A program made the translations under genes and the position numbers. A DNA stretch of 63,304 nt, counting the filler, from Octopus bimaculoides (lineage: Eukaryota): NCBI RefSeq assembly GCF_001194135.2. It is 5 parts of 5 records of this genome, joined end to end, with 100 filler letters (N's around TTAATTAATTAA, not from the genome) between each part and the next. Parts side by side here need not be neighbours in the genome. Positions count along the whole stretch, not along the records: positions 10,826 to 25,170 come from NC_068981.1; positions 25,271 to 42,514 come from NC_068985.1; 3 more parts are not named here. One strand, written 5' to 3'. Positions 13,688-26,394 of the stretch are shown here, piece by piece (within the stretch, counting starts at the first letter, position 1; the number at the start of each line of letters is the position of its first letter). A model generated the notes under the pieces. It worked only from the letters and a program-made list of their open reading frames with translations. It searched no databases and had not been told where the DNA came from.

Positions 13688-13865
13688 TAAGGCAGTGTGC
13701 TGGCAAAAGTATTAGTACATTGGACAAAAGGCTTAGTGGCATTTCGTCTGTCCTTACATTCTGAGTTCAAATTCCATCAAGGTCAATAAAATAAATACCA
13801 GTCACTGACATAATTGACTTACAACCTGCCTGAAATTGCTGGCCTTGTACCAACATTTAAAACTA
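13688..13865 (+). mobile_element. SINE family C, degenerate
   Basis: Contains gtgctggcaaaa...ttctgagttcaaattcc...gctggccttgtacc, matching the family at 57583-57807. Confidence 0.7.
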
Positions 13866-14087
13866 ATAATTGTTATTAATTATTCATACTCTTATAGTTT
13901 CATTTTCTCTCCTAATAGAAGAAATTGATTAGGGTGCCATTGTTTGGAGGTAATTGTCTGGGAGCATTTGTCCTCTGGGGCAATTATCCAAAGAGAAATT
14001 GTTAGGGGGTAGTTATCTGGGAGAGGGGGGGCAGTAATAACAACTATGACTATTTACAACTAGCCCATGAATTAACTAGAGTTGTTT

Positions 14088-14215
14088 CAAATTTTGGCAC
14101 AAGGCCAGCAATTTTAGTGGGAAGCATTAGTTAGTTACATTAATCCCAGTTCTGGACTGGTTCTTTATTTTATTGACCCTGAAAGGATGAAAAGAAAAGT
14201 CAACCTTAGCAAGAA
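14088..14215 (-). mobile_element. SINE family C, 3' part
   Basis: aaattttggcacaaggccagcaatttt...gaaaggatgaaaagaaaagtcaacc shared with other copies. Confidence 0.75.
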
Positions 14216-14778
14216 TTTTTAGTATAACACATTAGAAAAAATAACTTTGAAATTATCAGGAGAGAAAATGAAGAAATCAAACAACAGGAAGAAATGCTCA
14301 ACAAAATCAACATCGTCCTCCATCAACATAACCTGGCAATCAATGCCATCAACTCTTCTATGCAAGAATTGGTCTACTAAGTCATCAACACCATCACCAT
14401 AAAGGAAGTGTTCAGCAAAGAAGAAACTAATTTCTCGGATACAAGATAAAGCTGCTCCTGCCACCAGTGAGGGCGACAACTTCTCTTACACAATATTATG
14501 TAACTTTAGAACACAGAACAAACAAAATGAATAAATCCCACTGAGGACTTTTTTTTTTTTTGATGCATCAACAATTATGGCAGCTTGCCACCTCATTACT
14601 TAGAATATAACTGCAAATTAGTTTTACAATAGCAATACTTCCAATGAAACATCTAATCTTATCAATTCAGGTCTTGAGCATATCACTTAAATAATTTGTA
14701 ACAGTCTTCAACCCTACAAAAAGAGATATTTGTGCAGAATGAAGAAAATAAAATTTGTGATTTCAAGTAGTGTTTTCC

Positions 14779-14821
<43 letters not shown>

Positions 14822-15149
14822 ATATATATATAGGTATGCCTCTATTTAAATTGGCAGGGTATGATTTGAAAGTGATTTGGCTGCTATAATTAGCAGGTTG
14901 ATTAATTGCACAGAGATTCCTTCTCTGGTTTGTGTGCTGTACAATCTCAACCAGATGTGGTAATCTGACTGACTAAATATAATTGTTTTAGTTGGTCAGT
15001 AAAGCTTCCTCCTGCTGCTTATGGAAAGTGGGATATTAGCTCTAATCTAATGTTGGGTTATACAATGTGTGGAATTTTTCTACTAAACAATAAGTGTTGT
15101 TACATACAACATTTCCCACGAAATTTTGGGGACTTCTTTAGGAAGTTTA

Positions 15150-16870
15150 CTTAATCTTCTTCTTCCTTATTGAAAAATAAGGCTTCAAGAATTCGATGTC
15201 ATTCAGACAAGTCTTGTAGCTTTCTGTGCCTTGCATCATGCAAAATTCATATGTTTCACCTTCAGTTGTTTTACACCAGGTGTTCTTTGGCCAACCAGGC
15301 TTTTGTTTTCCAGTTGATGTCTTTCTTAATGCTTCTCATGGTATTTTTCTCTTGCCCATTCTGGGTGCATAGTCTAGCAATCTGAGCTGCCAGCATTTAA
15401 TTTCAAGTTCCACACTATTGCAACTAGTTTTGCAGCATAGCTTCTAACTTGACACATTTTGAAGCCAGAAGATTCAGCAGATTTGCCTCAAACACTCATT
15501 GTGGAAAGTACTGAGCTGATTCAGGTCTCCTTTTTTCACTACCCAGCATTCTGAGCCATACATTGCTTCAGACTTGACATTAATGTTATAGAGTCTGGTC
15601 TTTACCCTAAGTTCCTATTACCTAGACTTCCAGATTGATAAGGCCCTTCAAATTCCCTTCAGTAAACCTTTCTTGCCCCATTGACTCTGCTGATAATGCT
15701 TTCTATATATGTAAAATCATTCACATAGTCTAGTGGATTACCATTAACAGTGATAGATCCAGAGTTGTTGGAGTTTATGCAGTTCACTTTTCTTTGTAGT
15801 ATTTATGTTTAAACCTGTCTTTTATAATTGTTCAGCTTGATAGATTTCTCTTGTAGATATTTTCTCTTTGAGGAGAGGGCTGCTACGTAATTTATATAGT
15901 CAAGAATTTTTAAATTTGAAAAAAGCATCTGCTGGATATCCTGTTGTGGTCATATGCATGATCCAGTCACTAATACTAAGTAGATGATGAGTGAGGGGAA
16001 GATATATCCCTGTCACATATTGGATTTCACTGTTAACCATTCAGTGAATGTTTTGTTAATGATCACACATGATTCAAAATCATTATAGAACAGACTGATC
16101 AAGGTGAAGATCTTCTCAGGGATTCCATGTGATTTCAAGAACTTCCAGCATGTCTCCTTGAGCACGTGGTCAAAACCCTTTCTACAGTTTATGAAATTGT
16201 GTACAATGAAACATTCCACTTAAAGCACTGCTTGATGATTTTTCTTAAAACATGTATCTGATCAATGCATCCTCTACCTTTTGTGAATCTTGCTTGCTGT
16301 CAATTGCAGATCTGAACTCTACAAAAAAAACCTTGTTATGAATGAAAAGGAATATGATAAACAAGGGTGTCGGGAAAGGCCTGGCTGAAGGTTCAACCTT
16401 CCAAGTACTTTTACAGAGCTGAGAGAAGCTGAAGAACCATTGCAATAAGTGTGTGAATTTGAGAAGGGGAATATGTTGAATAAAACCATAATTAACTGAT
16501 TCTCCTGTATTTTCTTTTACCCAAAGCCAGGAACTTTTCAGCATCTCTTCGTAATGCGAGAGTCTGTCAGTTGCCTTTTTAGCAAAGTTGGGCTATTGCT
16601 CCCTTTGCACAGTCACTTTGAATGGTGTCACTCTCCCATATGGTTCTAAAGTGATCAAACAGCATTGATGTCACTGTAATTGGTTTCCAGGGGCGGTAAA
16701 GTTTAGTTTCCTTGTTCGCCTTTTGAATATACTTTCGAAATTGAAACAGTTTATCCATAGCAATTTCCAGCTCAATAATACTTCCGTTGACTCCATCAGA
16801 GAAACTTTGCTTAATCAGTAATTCCTTGTTTTTTGCATTATCATTCGTCTGTCCCATCTCGGGAAAGTCG
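15150..16870 (-). mobile_element. Decayed RTE-clade LINE (RT domain to 3' end), interrupted by a mariner MITE
   Basis: Across frameshifts: MLFDHFRTIWESDTIQSDCAKGAIAQLC*KGN (cf. LF..IWE....P.DW.KG.I..LPKKG), QARFTKGRGCIDQIHVLRKIIKQCFKWNVSLY, and KGFDHV...CWKFLKSHGIPEKIFTLISLFYNDFES. Confidence 0.85.
16359..16553 (+). mobile_element. Mariner-derived MITE (same family as 11182-11399) nested in the RTE
   Basis: Shared internal sequence (aataagtgtgtgaat.tgaga.ggg.aatatgttgaataa) and right TIR aaagccaggaacttttcagcatctcttcgTA; left TIR decayed. Confidence 0.8.
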
Positions 16871-17384
16871 GTGTTTGACGTTAAGTCAAATTCCATATTG
16901 CACGAACTTCTCATGAATGGCAAGAAAAGAATTTTCATGAAAGTTTTTAAATAATAACCAATACAGGTTCAATACCAGACAGAAATTTTCAGCCCCGTAG
17001 GGTGAAAATTACTGTAAAACAACAGTTCAACAGTTTAAATAATTCAACAACAACACAACAAAACACAAACAGAAACGAACTCACATGACGGCAGTGGTTA
17101 ATGATGTGGTTTCAAAAAAAGCAAATCCAAAAAAGAGGGTTGATCACTGGTCTTCGATGCTATCTCTTTATTATGATCACTTAGGATTTATACATAGAAA
17201 TGAGGACAACACAGGACAAAAGGTCAAATGAGTTTGTGTGTCATATTAAAAATTTACTTATAAATATTTTAATAAAATTAACAATGATTAAATTTTAGAA
17301 CTTATAACTGGACTTTTTTTTTCCACAAGAAATAAAATTAGAAACCAAAATACCACAAGCCTATGTGACACAAAGGAGCAAAGA

Positions 17385-17625
17385 GAGAAGATTAATCGTT
17401 GTTCATGGTGAAGACAGGAGTCCAGATGGCCCCTATGCAAGGAGAATCTGAACACAGACAGGTGCTGCAAAGAGTGACTGATAGAGCAAAAATGGCGCGA
17501 GACCAGGGTGTCATTGCCGAGTTGGATGTTTTGGAGGTGTTCCGTGAACTGGTCAGCCAAGCAGTGTACCCATTTACCTGATGTATAAAGAAGGGCAGAA
17601 AGAGTAGGAAATATATAATAACAAA
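17385..17625 (-). mobile_element. Penelope-like element, GIY-YIG fragment (family distinct from 6352-6677)
   Basis: ISYSFCPSLYIR*MG then CLADQFTEHLQNIQLGNDTLVSRHFCSISHSLQHLSVFRFSLHRGHLDSCLHHEQRLIFSL matches C..C..LYIG.TGR.L.DRF.EHL......PV..HF....H....EQ..IF.L. Confidence 0.85.
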
Positions 17626-17699
17626 TATAGTATATAATTATATGCATATATCCATACATATATGTACATACCCACATTTATATGTATACATACAAGCAT

Positions 17700-17850
17700 A
17701 TATGGGTACAGGACATCACAAAAAACGTTAAACACAATGAGAAACGAAGGCAGAAAACGAACTTTTTTTGAACAATGAAAAAAACAAACAGAGAAACGAG
17801 ACATGCAACATAAAGTATATTACCCTTCTTCAGTTGTCCCTGCTCCATCT
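17700..17850 (-). mobile_element. Short repeat carrying a CTGAAGA half-core; homolog at 53640-53800 (+)
   Basis: gggacaactga(a/t)gaaggg...ctttatgttgc.tgtctcgtttctctgtttg is shared between the two loci. Confidence 0.6.
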
Positions 17851-17969
17851 TATATATATATATAACATTATATTGTATAAACACACACACATATATATAT
17901 GTGTGTGTACTATAATGTGATTTATATCTATCTATGTATATATATATATATATAACATTATATTGTATA

Positions 17970-18052
<83 letters not shown>

Positions 18053-18497
18053 ACTATAATGTGATTTATATCTATATATATATTCAAACACATATGCATT
18101 GATGAAAATTAGTTCTGGAAATAGATTGATAAATTATCTTCAGAGCAAGGCTATCCATTAATTATCTTTGCAAAATGATTGTATTCAATGAACTGAATGT
18201 TTTATTATAGAAAAAAAATTCCTCTCAAAGACTAACGTTATACCATATTTTTATTGAATACTAATTTTAGTTGATATTTAGAGTAAACTGAATTGTATAT
18301 AACATGTAGCTGTTAATAAAGATCAAAGCGCTAAACCGATATATATTGACATTATTAATATGAAACTAATGGAGATAGTATAGTATTTCAATTAGTGAAG
18401 AGCATTTGTGAAAACCAAAGAAGAGTTTAGAAAAATGCTTCTTCTCAAATTATCACATATCCATTACTATTTGGCAAAATAGTTTAGACTGGAGAAT

Positions 18498-18592
18498 ATG
18501 GATCATTTAATCACAATCTTAATTTTCTGTATTGCTATTGGTCAAGCTGCCAAAAGATCAGAACTGTTTAATCACAAAGATTGTTTTTATCA
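18498..18592 (+). CDS. Candidate first coding exon of a secreted protein (signal peptide)
   Basis: AATATGG Kozak context; MDHLITILIFCIAIGQAAKRSELFNHKDCFY with hydrophobic core and G-Q-A cleavage-like site; ends at CA|GTGAGT donor (phase 2); lies in non-repetitive sequence. Not in the ORF track because it is short. Confidence 0.45.
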
Positions 18593-20164
18593 GTGAGTAA
18601 AAATAAGAAACCAATCAAAATTGCATATTATATTTGTCATTAGCCTTGTAATTTATATAATTATAGTTTCATTTCTGTGGTATTTGTTACCAATAATATT
18701 TACTGATTTACAAATGGTGGGTCTAACTGAAACAGTTGAGTGCAAGATGAATTGCCTTTTAGCAACATCTTTATACATACAATCTGGTTTTGTTTGATTT
18801 TTGCCTTTGATCATTTAATGGTTGATGATTGATTCAATCAATTGTATCTGAAATTCTTCAAATTTGGAGCATTATGCAAAAATCATTATTATGTGGGTCA
18901 GTGGTAAGAAGTTTGCTTCCCATCCACATGATTCCTGGTTGTTGTAGTACATGGAACTTTAAGCAGGTGTTTTCTATTACAGCCTTGGGTTGACCACTGC
19001 CTTGTGAGTGAATTTGGTAAATTGAAGCTTTACAAAATAAGCACTGGGGTCAATTTGATGTTCCAGCTTGGTCACAGTCCAATGGATGAAACCAGTAAAA
19101 GATAAAAGATTTATCAAGTAGCTCAACAATAGCTTCTAGCACTACCTTAAACTCTGACCTATAACATTTCATGTTTCTTGCAATGCTAAATTCCTGAGAT
19201 TAGTTATTACTAAAATTAAAAAAATTTTAGAGTTTACCAAATCTGTTGTGTTTCTATATTATATACCAATCAGAGTATTGTTAAGTGTATTCCTAAATCA
19301 CCTCATCTCTTACATCTCAGTACCAAACACTTTAGCTAATATTTTTCCTCAAAATTGCATCTCTTTAAAGTCTACTTATTACTCATGTCTCCTACAAACC
19401 ATTTAACAATTCACTCTGAAAATTAATTACATAAACTTCATACAATTATCTGCACAGAAAAACTGACCTAAAACGTTTATGAATATTGATCAGCATTCTC
19501 AGCAAAGTACCCAAGGTCATTGCTGGTTATTCTTCCAAAATCAGCATTTCTTATCAACAAAAGGGTGATTAATTTATATAAGAGGCAATACTGTAAGCAC
19601 CTTTTGCTTGCAATGTCTTTCACATTAGTACATTAAAATAAAACACTATTTTACTTAATGATATCATAATTATAGTTAAGCTGGAAGGAAGGAGAGAATT
19701 AGTATACGATATCCTTTAATGTGAATATATTTTGATTTTCTTGTCACCAGTATAACGAAGATATACTTTGGTTGAGTTGAAAGATGGAAGAACAAAAAGT
19801 TCATACAAAGTTCTAAATACAAAATAATTATTTATCATTAACAAAACAATGTGTCATTACTACAAACCACAGAGCAGAGAATCTTATTTCTCACAAACCT
19901 CTTTATTATGTTGATGTAGATTTCCACAAGAGAGCTTAATTCAATTTTGTTGTCCCAAATAATAATATCAGATTGGCTATTTTTAAATAGTTTAGCATCA
20001 TTATATCTTAAGTTGTATATTATCTGTTTTGATGTGTTCATCTTTATTTTTTAAGCCATTTTGTTTTTAATTTTATTTCAGTTTAGTAGTATAATCACAA
20101 GGAAGAGTTGTATCTATGATGCTTGCAGTCCATCTAAGATGGGTGAAATTGATGCAGCTGTATC

Positions 20165-21012
20165 CCTTTGCCTATCCAAAGCATTTTCATAGGTCTCTCT
20201 TAAATGTCCATGCTTGTTTTTGGACTTATAGTGAGCCCTTGTTTCATATTTATGAGAAATATAAAGCTTTCCTTTCATAAGACACAAGTTACTCTGGTGT
20301 TGAAAAAAATTGGGAATGTATAGCATATATGATGCATGGATGCCAAGGAAATATGTCCCATGTATCATAAGAAATTGATATACAGGAGAGGCAGTATCTA
20401 TTAGTAAATATCAGCAGAAAATACTTTGACATGGAAAAAATTTCAGAGAAATGACATTCTGAGGAAGACATATTGGCCAGTGGGTGGTCGTTTATTAACA
20501 GAATATAAGGGAAAAAGACATGCAGTAAAAAATCAAACAATATTACTCACTGTGTTATAAAGAAAACACATCTATGTATTTATTAATAAGACCTCATGGT
20601 ATCTTTATATTTGTTAGATGTCGTAATATCTGAAGATCTTTTATGGTGACCATTTACGTGCCACAGAGTCAAAATACTTCCTAATAATGTTTTCCTCTTT
20701 AAGGCCAGAAACTACTTCTGAATAGTTGTTGACTTTTAAGAAAAACTGTTATTCGCATTTTGTTTATTTCTTCAACCCTCTCTTTGTTCTGTGTATCACA
20801 TGTGATAAACACAATTTATTTCCCTGGTGTCAATGCATCATATATGATACACATTGCCAATTTTTTCTTTCAACCAGCAGAGTAACTCGGAACTTATGAA
20901 AGGAAAGCATTTTATTACTCATATCATATGAAACAAGGGCTAACTAAAGGTCAGACAAGAAGCATGGACATTTAGGACAAACTTATGAAAATACTTTTGA
21001 CAAGCAAAGGCT
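20165..21012. repeat. Old inverted repeat, arms ~20165-20390 and ~20775-21012
   Basis: The reverse complement of the left arm aligns to the right arm, e.g. atgcatcatatatg..a.acatt.ccaattttttc, cttatgaaaggaaagc, atatgaaacaagggct, aagcatggacattta. Confidence 0.75.
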
Positions 21013-21144
21013 TGTTCAAAACTATCACTGCATTTTTGTGCCCTCCTCACTAATGCAATTCTATTGCAGCTGTTGAAAATTGGTTAGAAGCAAATTTTTA
21101 TAATCCTTTTAGGAGAATGAAGTTTCTTTCTCTCAGTTCCCTTT

Positions 21145-21530
21145 TTCACTCTTTACTCTTTTACTTGTTTCAGTCATTTGACTGCGGCCATGCTGGAGCA
21201 CCGCCTTTAGTCGAGCAAATCGACCCCAGGACTTATTCTTTGGAAGCCTAGTACTTATTCTATCGATCTCATTTGCCGAACTTCTAAGTTACGGGGACGT
21301 AAACACACCAGCATCGGTTGTCAAGCGATGTTGGGGGGACAAACACAGACACACAAACACACACACACATATATACGACGGGCTTCTTTAAGTTTCCGTC
21401 TACCAAATCCACTCACAAGGCTTTGGTCAGCCCGAGGCTATAGTAGAAGACACTTGCTCAAGATGCCACACAGTGGGACTGAACCCAGAACCATGTGGCT
21501 GGTAAGCAAGCTTCTTACCACACAGCCACA
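21145..21530 (-). mobile_element. SINE family A, near full length (tRNA-derived)
   Basis: Head with A-box TGGCTGTGTGG and B-box GGGTTCAGTCCC, internal (CA/TA)n, tail gcggtgctccagcatggccgcagtcaaatgactgaaacaagtaaaagag. Confidence 0.9.
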
Positions 21531-22088
21531 TGCTGTGGGCCCAACGATATTGTTGTTGTTTGAACTTTTGACACACAGGCCTTTAGTCATTTTCATATGA
21601 CATTCTATTTTATCCCTCTCTGTTTGTTAATCTCATTCATTTTTTTTTTTATGTATATAAATATGTATATACATAGTACCCATTTGGAGATGTATATAAA
21701 TAGTATCCATTTGGAGATGTCATTGGTTATGTGTATATAAATTGTCTCAAAATTTGTTTGAAATACCTGCTTACAATACAAATTTATCAACATTAGATTT
21801 TTGTGTGTCCTTGAATAGTTAAAATAGCTGTTCCATGATAAAATGCTTAAATTTCAAGACATGGTCATCAAGTCTCTTACCAAACTAGTTAGTTGACCTG
21901 AGACCATGTGTTGACCTGATATACATATATAGACACAAGTAAAGCTTTATGGTAAGGAGTTTGTTTCCTAACCACATGATTTCAGGTTCATTTCCATTGC
22001 ATAGCATCTTAGGCAAGTATTTTCTATTACAACCTCAGGCCAACCAAAGTCCTGTGAGTGGATTTGGTGCTTGAAACTGAAAGAAACT

Positions 22089-22122
<34 letters not shown>

Positions 22123-22502
22123 TCGTCTGTGTTTTACTGTTTCCTTAGCTTGACATTGCATGATAGTTGTAATCAAGTGTCACCATAATGCAAACAGTGT
22201 CCTTTATTTCTAATATTCTTTGAAAACATGTCTGATCATGGAGAAATATTACCTTATTTGGAAATAGGCATGTGTTGGCAAAAGAAAAGGCATCTGGCTG
22301 TAGAATATCCGTCTCAACAAACTCTATCCAACCCATGTAAGCATGTGACAGAGGACATTAAAAAAACAAAGTAAAATAATGTTAGACATGTGTATGAACA
22401 TAGATATATACAGTCATATTAGACATGTTCATGTATGTTTGGACATTGAAAGATATACATTGAGTAATTGTATCAAGAGGAAAATTTGCCTTATAGACAA
22501 TG

Positions 22503-22708
22503 TGTTGTATCGCATGTTCAACATACGATATAACGGGATAATAATAACGTTCTCGCAAATCGTTCTACTCAAGATACTGTTAATAACCCTTGACAATACG
22601 CAACTCTCGGCTTTACTCTGCTCTGAAGGCTCCCTGTGTATGTCCATTTATATTGTGGCACAGTCTATTAGGAGCCAACCAATAGGGCTGTTCTACTTCC
22701 ACACAACA
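22503..22708 (-). mobile_element. 3' LTR of the Gypsy element (~206 bp)
   Basis: On the minus strand starts TGTTG and ends CAACA; contains TATAAA; immediately preceded by the polypurine tract AAAAGGGAGAGG (plus 22709-22720). Confidence 0.8.
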
Positions 22709-22771
22709 CCTCTCCCTTTTGAGATTGGCTTTGTCCTTTTTTTATTTAATTATTCTTTATTTTTATCAATT

Positions 22772-24645
22772 TTATTCCTTTGGTGAGAAACTGGCATATC
22801 TCTTTCCCTTGGCATTAATTTCCATCATTTCTGTAGGTTTTCTTTTCCTGTTCGACCTACGTGTCGGTTCTGCTACCACTTGTGGTTCTGGGACCTCGAA
22901 CATGTCATACCAAATATCCATTGACTCATCTTGCCTTTCTTGATTTTTGGTACATCTTTTCTTTAATTGGTTAAAATACCTTTTATGTTCATATTTTAGT
23001 CCTTTTACCATGTACATCACATTACCCAGACGTCCAGTTATATTACCTTGTTCCCAGTCCTGTTTTCTGTTTTTATATATTTTAAAATACACTTCGTCAC
23101 CTGTGTTAAAAAATTTTGTATTTTCCCTTTCCTACTTGGCAACAATTTGTCAAACACAATGAATCTTCCTGGAGAACATTAAATCTGCAGGTGACCTACC
23201 TGACTCTGCATTTGGATTTGATGTTATTCTGTACACTTGTAAGGACTCTGTCATATTTCTATCTTCAAGGGCTTCCTGTCTGGTCTTTCTTAAGGCTCTC
23301 TTGAATGTGTCAGTGAATCTTTTCACTGACCCATTTGACCTTGGATGGTATGACAGTGTTAACACATACTTCATCTGAATCAACTTACAGAATCTTTTAA
23401 ACTCCTTCACCGTGAATTGTGTGCCATTATCTGACACGATCATATCTGGCACTCCATAACATGCAAACAATTCTTCCAAGAAGTCAATAGTCACATTTGT
23501 GGTTGGCCTTGAACATTTACACACTTCAGGTCATATAGAATAGCTATCCACCATGATGATATAATAAGAGCCATTTATTGGTCCTGCGAAATCCACATAC
23601 AGTCTAGACCATGCTGAATCCGTTTTTGCCCATGGTTGTATCTGCACTGGGGGCGCCTTTGCTGTCATAGTGACTCCTCTACATTGTTTTACCAGTCTCT
23701 CAATTTGCTTGTCCATATTCAGCCAATACATGAAAATCCTCATGAGGCTTTTCATCTACGCAATCCCCGGATGTCCTACATAGAAGTCTTTCAATATTGT
23801 TTCACAGTGCTTCAGGTTTTACCACCCTTTGTGCATATAATAATACATCATCACGTGCTGAATAATGCCTTGAACCTGCATTCTGCTCATTTATATTATT
23901 TTTCGTGTTACTTTCCAACAATATTTTTTTAATCTTGTTTATGAACATATCTTTTTCCAATTTCAATTTAATTTCTTCCAGTGTCACTGGCAAATCACGC
24001 ACTACATTGCACAAAATGTTCTTCAGTTCCATTTCTAGTTTTAACGATGCAATCACTGTGTCTTCAAAAGGTTCCTTATATTTTGGGATTAGCCTAGACA
24101 ACCCATCTGTGTGTCCCATTTTCTTTGATGGCAAAAATTCCATTTAAAACTCATAGTTCAAGTCTCCCAGTGCTGTAAGCAGTTTGCTGAGTGCATAGGG
24201 ATACCCTTTTTCGAACTGAAAATAGACAGTAACAACCAGTGATCAGTTTGTGGTGTAAACTTCCTACCATGTAGGTATTTATGGAATTTCTTTACTGTGA
24301 AGATTAATGATAAAGCCTCCTTTTCGATCTGGCTGTAGTTTTTTTCTGCTATTAAGAGAACTCTTGATGCATGTGCAATAGCTTTGATTCTACCATCATA
24401 AAATTTATGCAATATCACCACTCCTATATCATATTCACTGGCATCCAATGCCACAATTATTTTCAGATTTGGGTCGAAATGAGTTAATGATAACTCGGAT
24501 GTCAACCTCTTTTTTAATTCCTCAAATGATTTCTGACATTCATTTGTCCAGTCCCATTTCATATCTTTCTTTAACAAATTATTCAACGGAGCTCTTAGTT
24601 CATACATTTTAGGTATGTACAGCTGGTAATAACTTACCAGACCTA
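22772..24645 (-). mobile_element. Decayed Ty3/Gypsy pol (RT end, RNase H, integrase)
   Basis: FLGLVSYY; DASEYDIGVV; AHASRVL..AEKNYSQIEKEAL; TDH; WSRLYVDFAGP; VSDNGTQF; YHPRSNG..KRF; C-terminal GNVMYMV...HKRYFNQL. Multiple frameshifts and stops. Confidence 0.95.
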
Positions 24646-24775
24646 AAAATCCTTTTAGGCAGTGCCCCAGCATGACTACAGTCCAGTGAATGAAGTAAAA
24701 AAAGATAATAAAAAGAAAAATATTAATGTTACTGATAAATTTTATCAAAGCAAGGGAAACAATTTCAACAATTAT

Positions 24776-24944
24776 AGGCGCAGGAGTGGCTGTGTGGTAA
24801 GTAGCTTGCTTACCAACCACATGGTTCCGGGTTCATTCCCACTGCGTGGCACCTTGGGCAAGTGTCTTCTACTATAGCCTCGGGCCGACCAAAGCCTTGT
24901 GAGTAGATTTGGTAGACGGAAACTGAAAGAAGCCTGTCGTATAT
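24776..24944 (+). mobile_element. SINE family A, 5' half
   Basis: ggcgcaggagtggctgtgtggtaagtagcttgcttaccaaccacatggttccgggttca...ggaaactgaaagaagcc. Confidence 0.9.
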
Positions 24945-25270
24945 CTTAATATATAAATCTGAAGTTGTGTGTCTGTGTGAAGCCTTTTTGAATGTTTATA
25001 GAAATCCACATTTTCCACTTTTTCGTAAAAAATTTTACATCAATGGAATTTTCTTGATCTGAATTTTCCAGTGCAGTAATTAGATTTTTAAAATTCCGTT
25101 TACTTTGTGTGATTTAAGGGAGATTTGGCTGTCATTTCTAGCAACATTTATATTCCTTCCCTTCTACCTGNNNNNNNNNNNNNNNNNNNNNNNNNNNNNN
25201 NNNNNNNNNNNNNNTTAATTAATTAANNNNNNNNNNNNNNNNNNNNNNNNNNNNNNNNNNNNNNNNNNNN

Positions 25271-25520
25271 AGCAGAGTGATGGGCCTAAAGTTATCTATG
25301 GCGTCCCCCTTGTTTGGATCTTTCTTCAGCAGCGTTACGGCTCCTCGGCTCACAAAACCGGGAATGCTCCCGTTTTGCTGCCAGTTGCAGTACATCGCCA
25401 CCAAGACGTCTCCAAACAAGTCTGGCATACAGTTGTAAAGCTCGTAGGGCAGACCATCCAAACCCGGAGATTTGTCCCTCGAGCATCCCGCCATCGCGTC
25501 CCTCACTTCCGCCGCCGTGA
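25271..25520 (-). mobile_element. Tx1/L1-like LINE RT N-terminal fragment
   Basis: DKSPGLDGLPYELY...GSIPGFVSRGAVTLLKKDPNKGDAIDNFRPITL is the canonical K.PG.DG...RPI.L pre-RT region. Confidence 0.85.
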
Positions 25521-25531
25521 TGGCGGATAGG

Positions 25532-25573
<42 letters not shown>

Positions 25574-25878
25574 TAGTCGTCTAAGAATAAATAAATCAGA
25601 AAATATAGGCAATCATATATTTGCCAATAGAATTGGTATATTAATCAAAGAATGCATTGTTATAAATCCGTTTCAGATGAGCTTAACATTCACTTTCGCG
25701 CCAGGTATCAGATAACCGGATACTAGATAGCAGAACGGTTATCCAAATATCTGCCATTTCTGAACAGCATGTGTAAATTAGATTACTGTCCTGTTATCTA
25801 ATATCCAATTAATACACAATGCGAAACCGATTGGTAAGATCAGGTGAAATTGATCTCTAATAATGTAGACTTTGATTA

Positions 25879-25929
<51 letters not shown>

Positions 25930-25974
25930 TGTGTGTGTGTGTGTGTGTTTGTTTGTATGTGTGTGAGTTTGTGT

Positions 25975-26348
25975 ACTCTCTTTTTTACTTGTTTCAATCA
26001 TTTGACTGTGGCCATGCTGGAGCACCGCCTTTAGTCGAGGAAATCGATCTCAGGACTTATTCTTTGTAAGCCTAGTACTTATTCTATCGGTCTCTTTTGC
26101 CGAACCGCTAAGTTACGTGGACGTAAACACACCAGCATCGGTTGTCATGTGATGTTGGGGGGTCAAACACAGACACACAAACATATACACACATACACAT
26201 ATACATACATACGACGGGCTTCTTTCAGTTTCCGTCTACCAAATCCACTCACAAGGCTTTGGTAGTAGAAGACACTTGCCTAAGGTGTCACACAGTGGGA
26301 CTGAACCCGGAACCATGTGGTTCGTAAAGAAGCTACTTACCACACAGC

Positions 26349-26352
<4 letters not shown>
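25975..26352 (-). mobile_element. SINE family A, near full length
   Basis: Colinear with 21145-21530. Confidence 0.9.

Positions 26353-26394
<42 letters not shown>

Noticed and set aside
14225-14480. Plus-strand coiled-coil-like frame (NNFEIIRRENEEIKQQEEMLNKIN...)
   Set aside because: In-frame stops, no splice context or recognisable family; at best a retroelement ORF1 relic.
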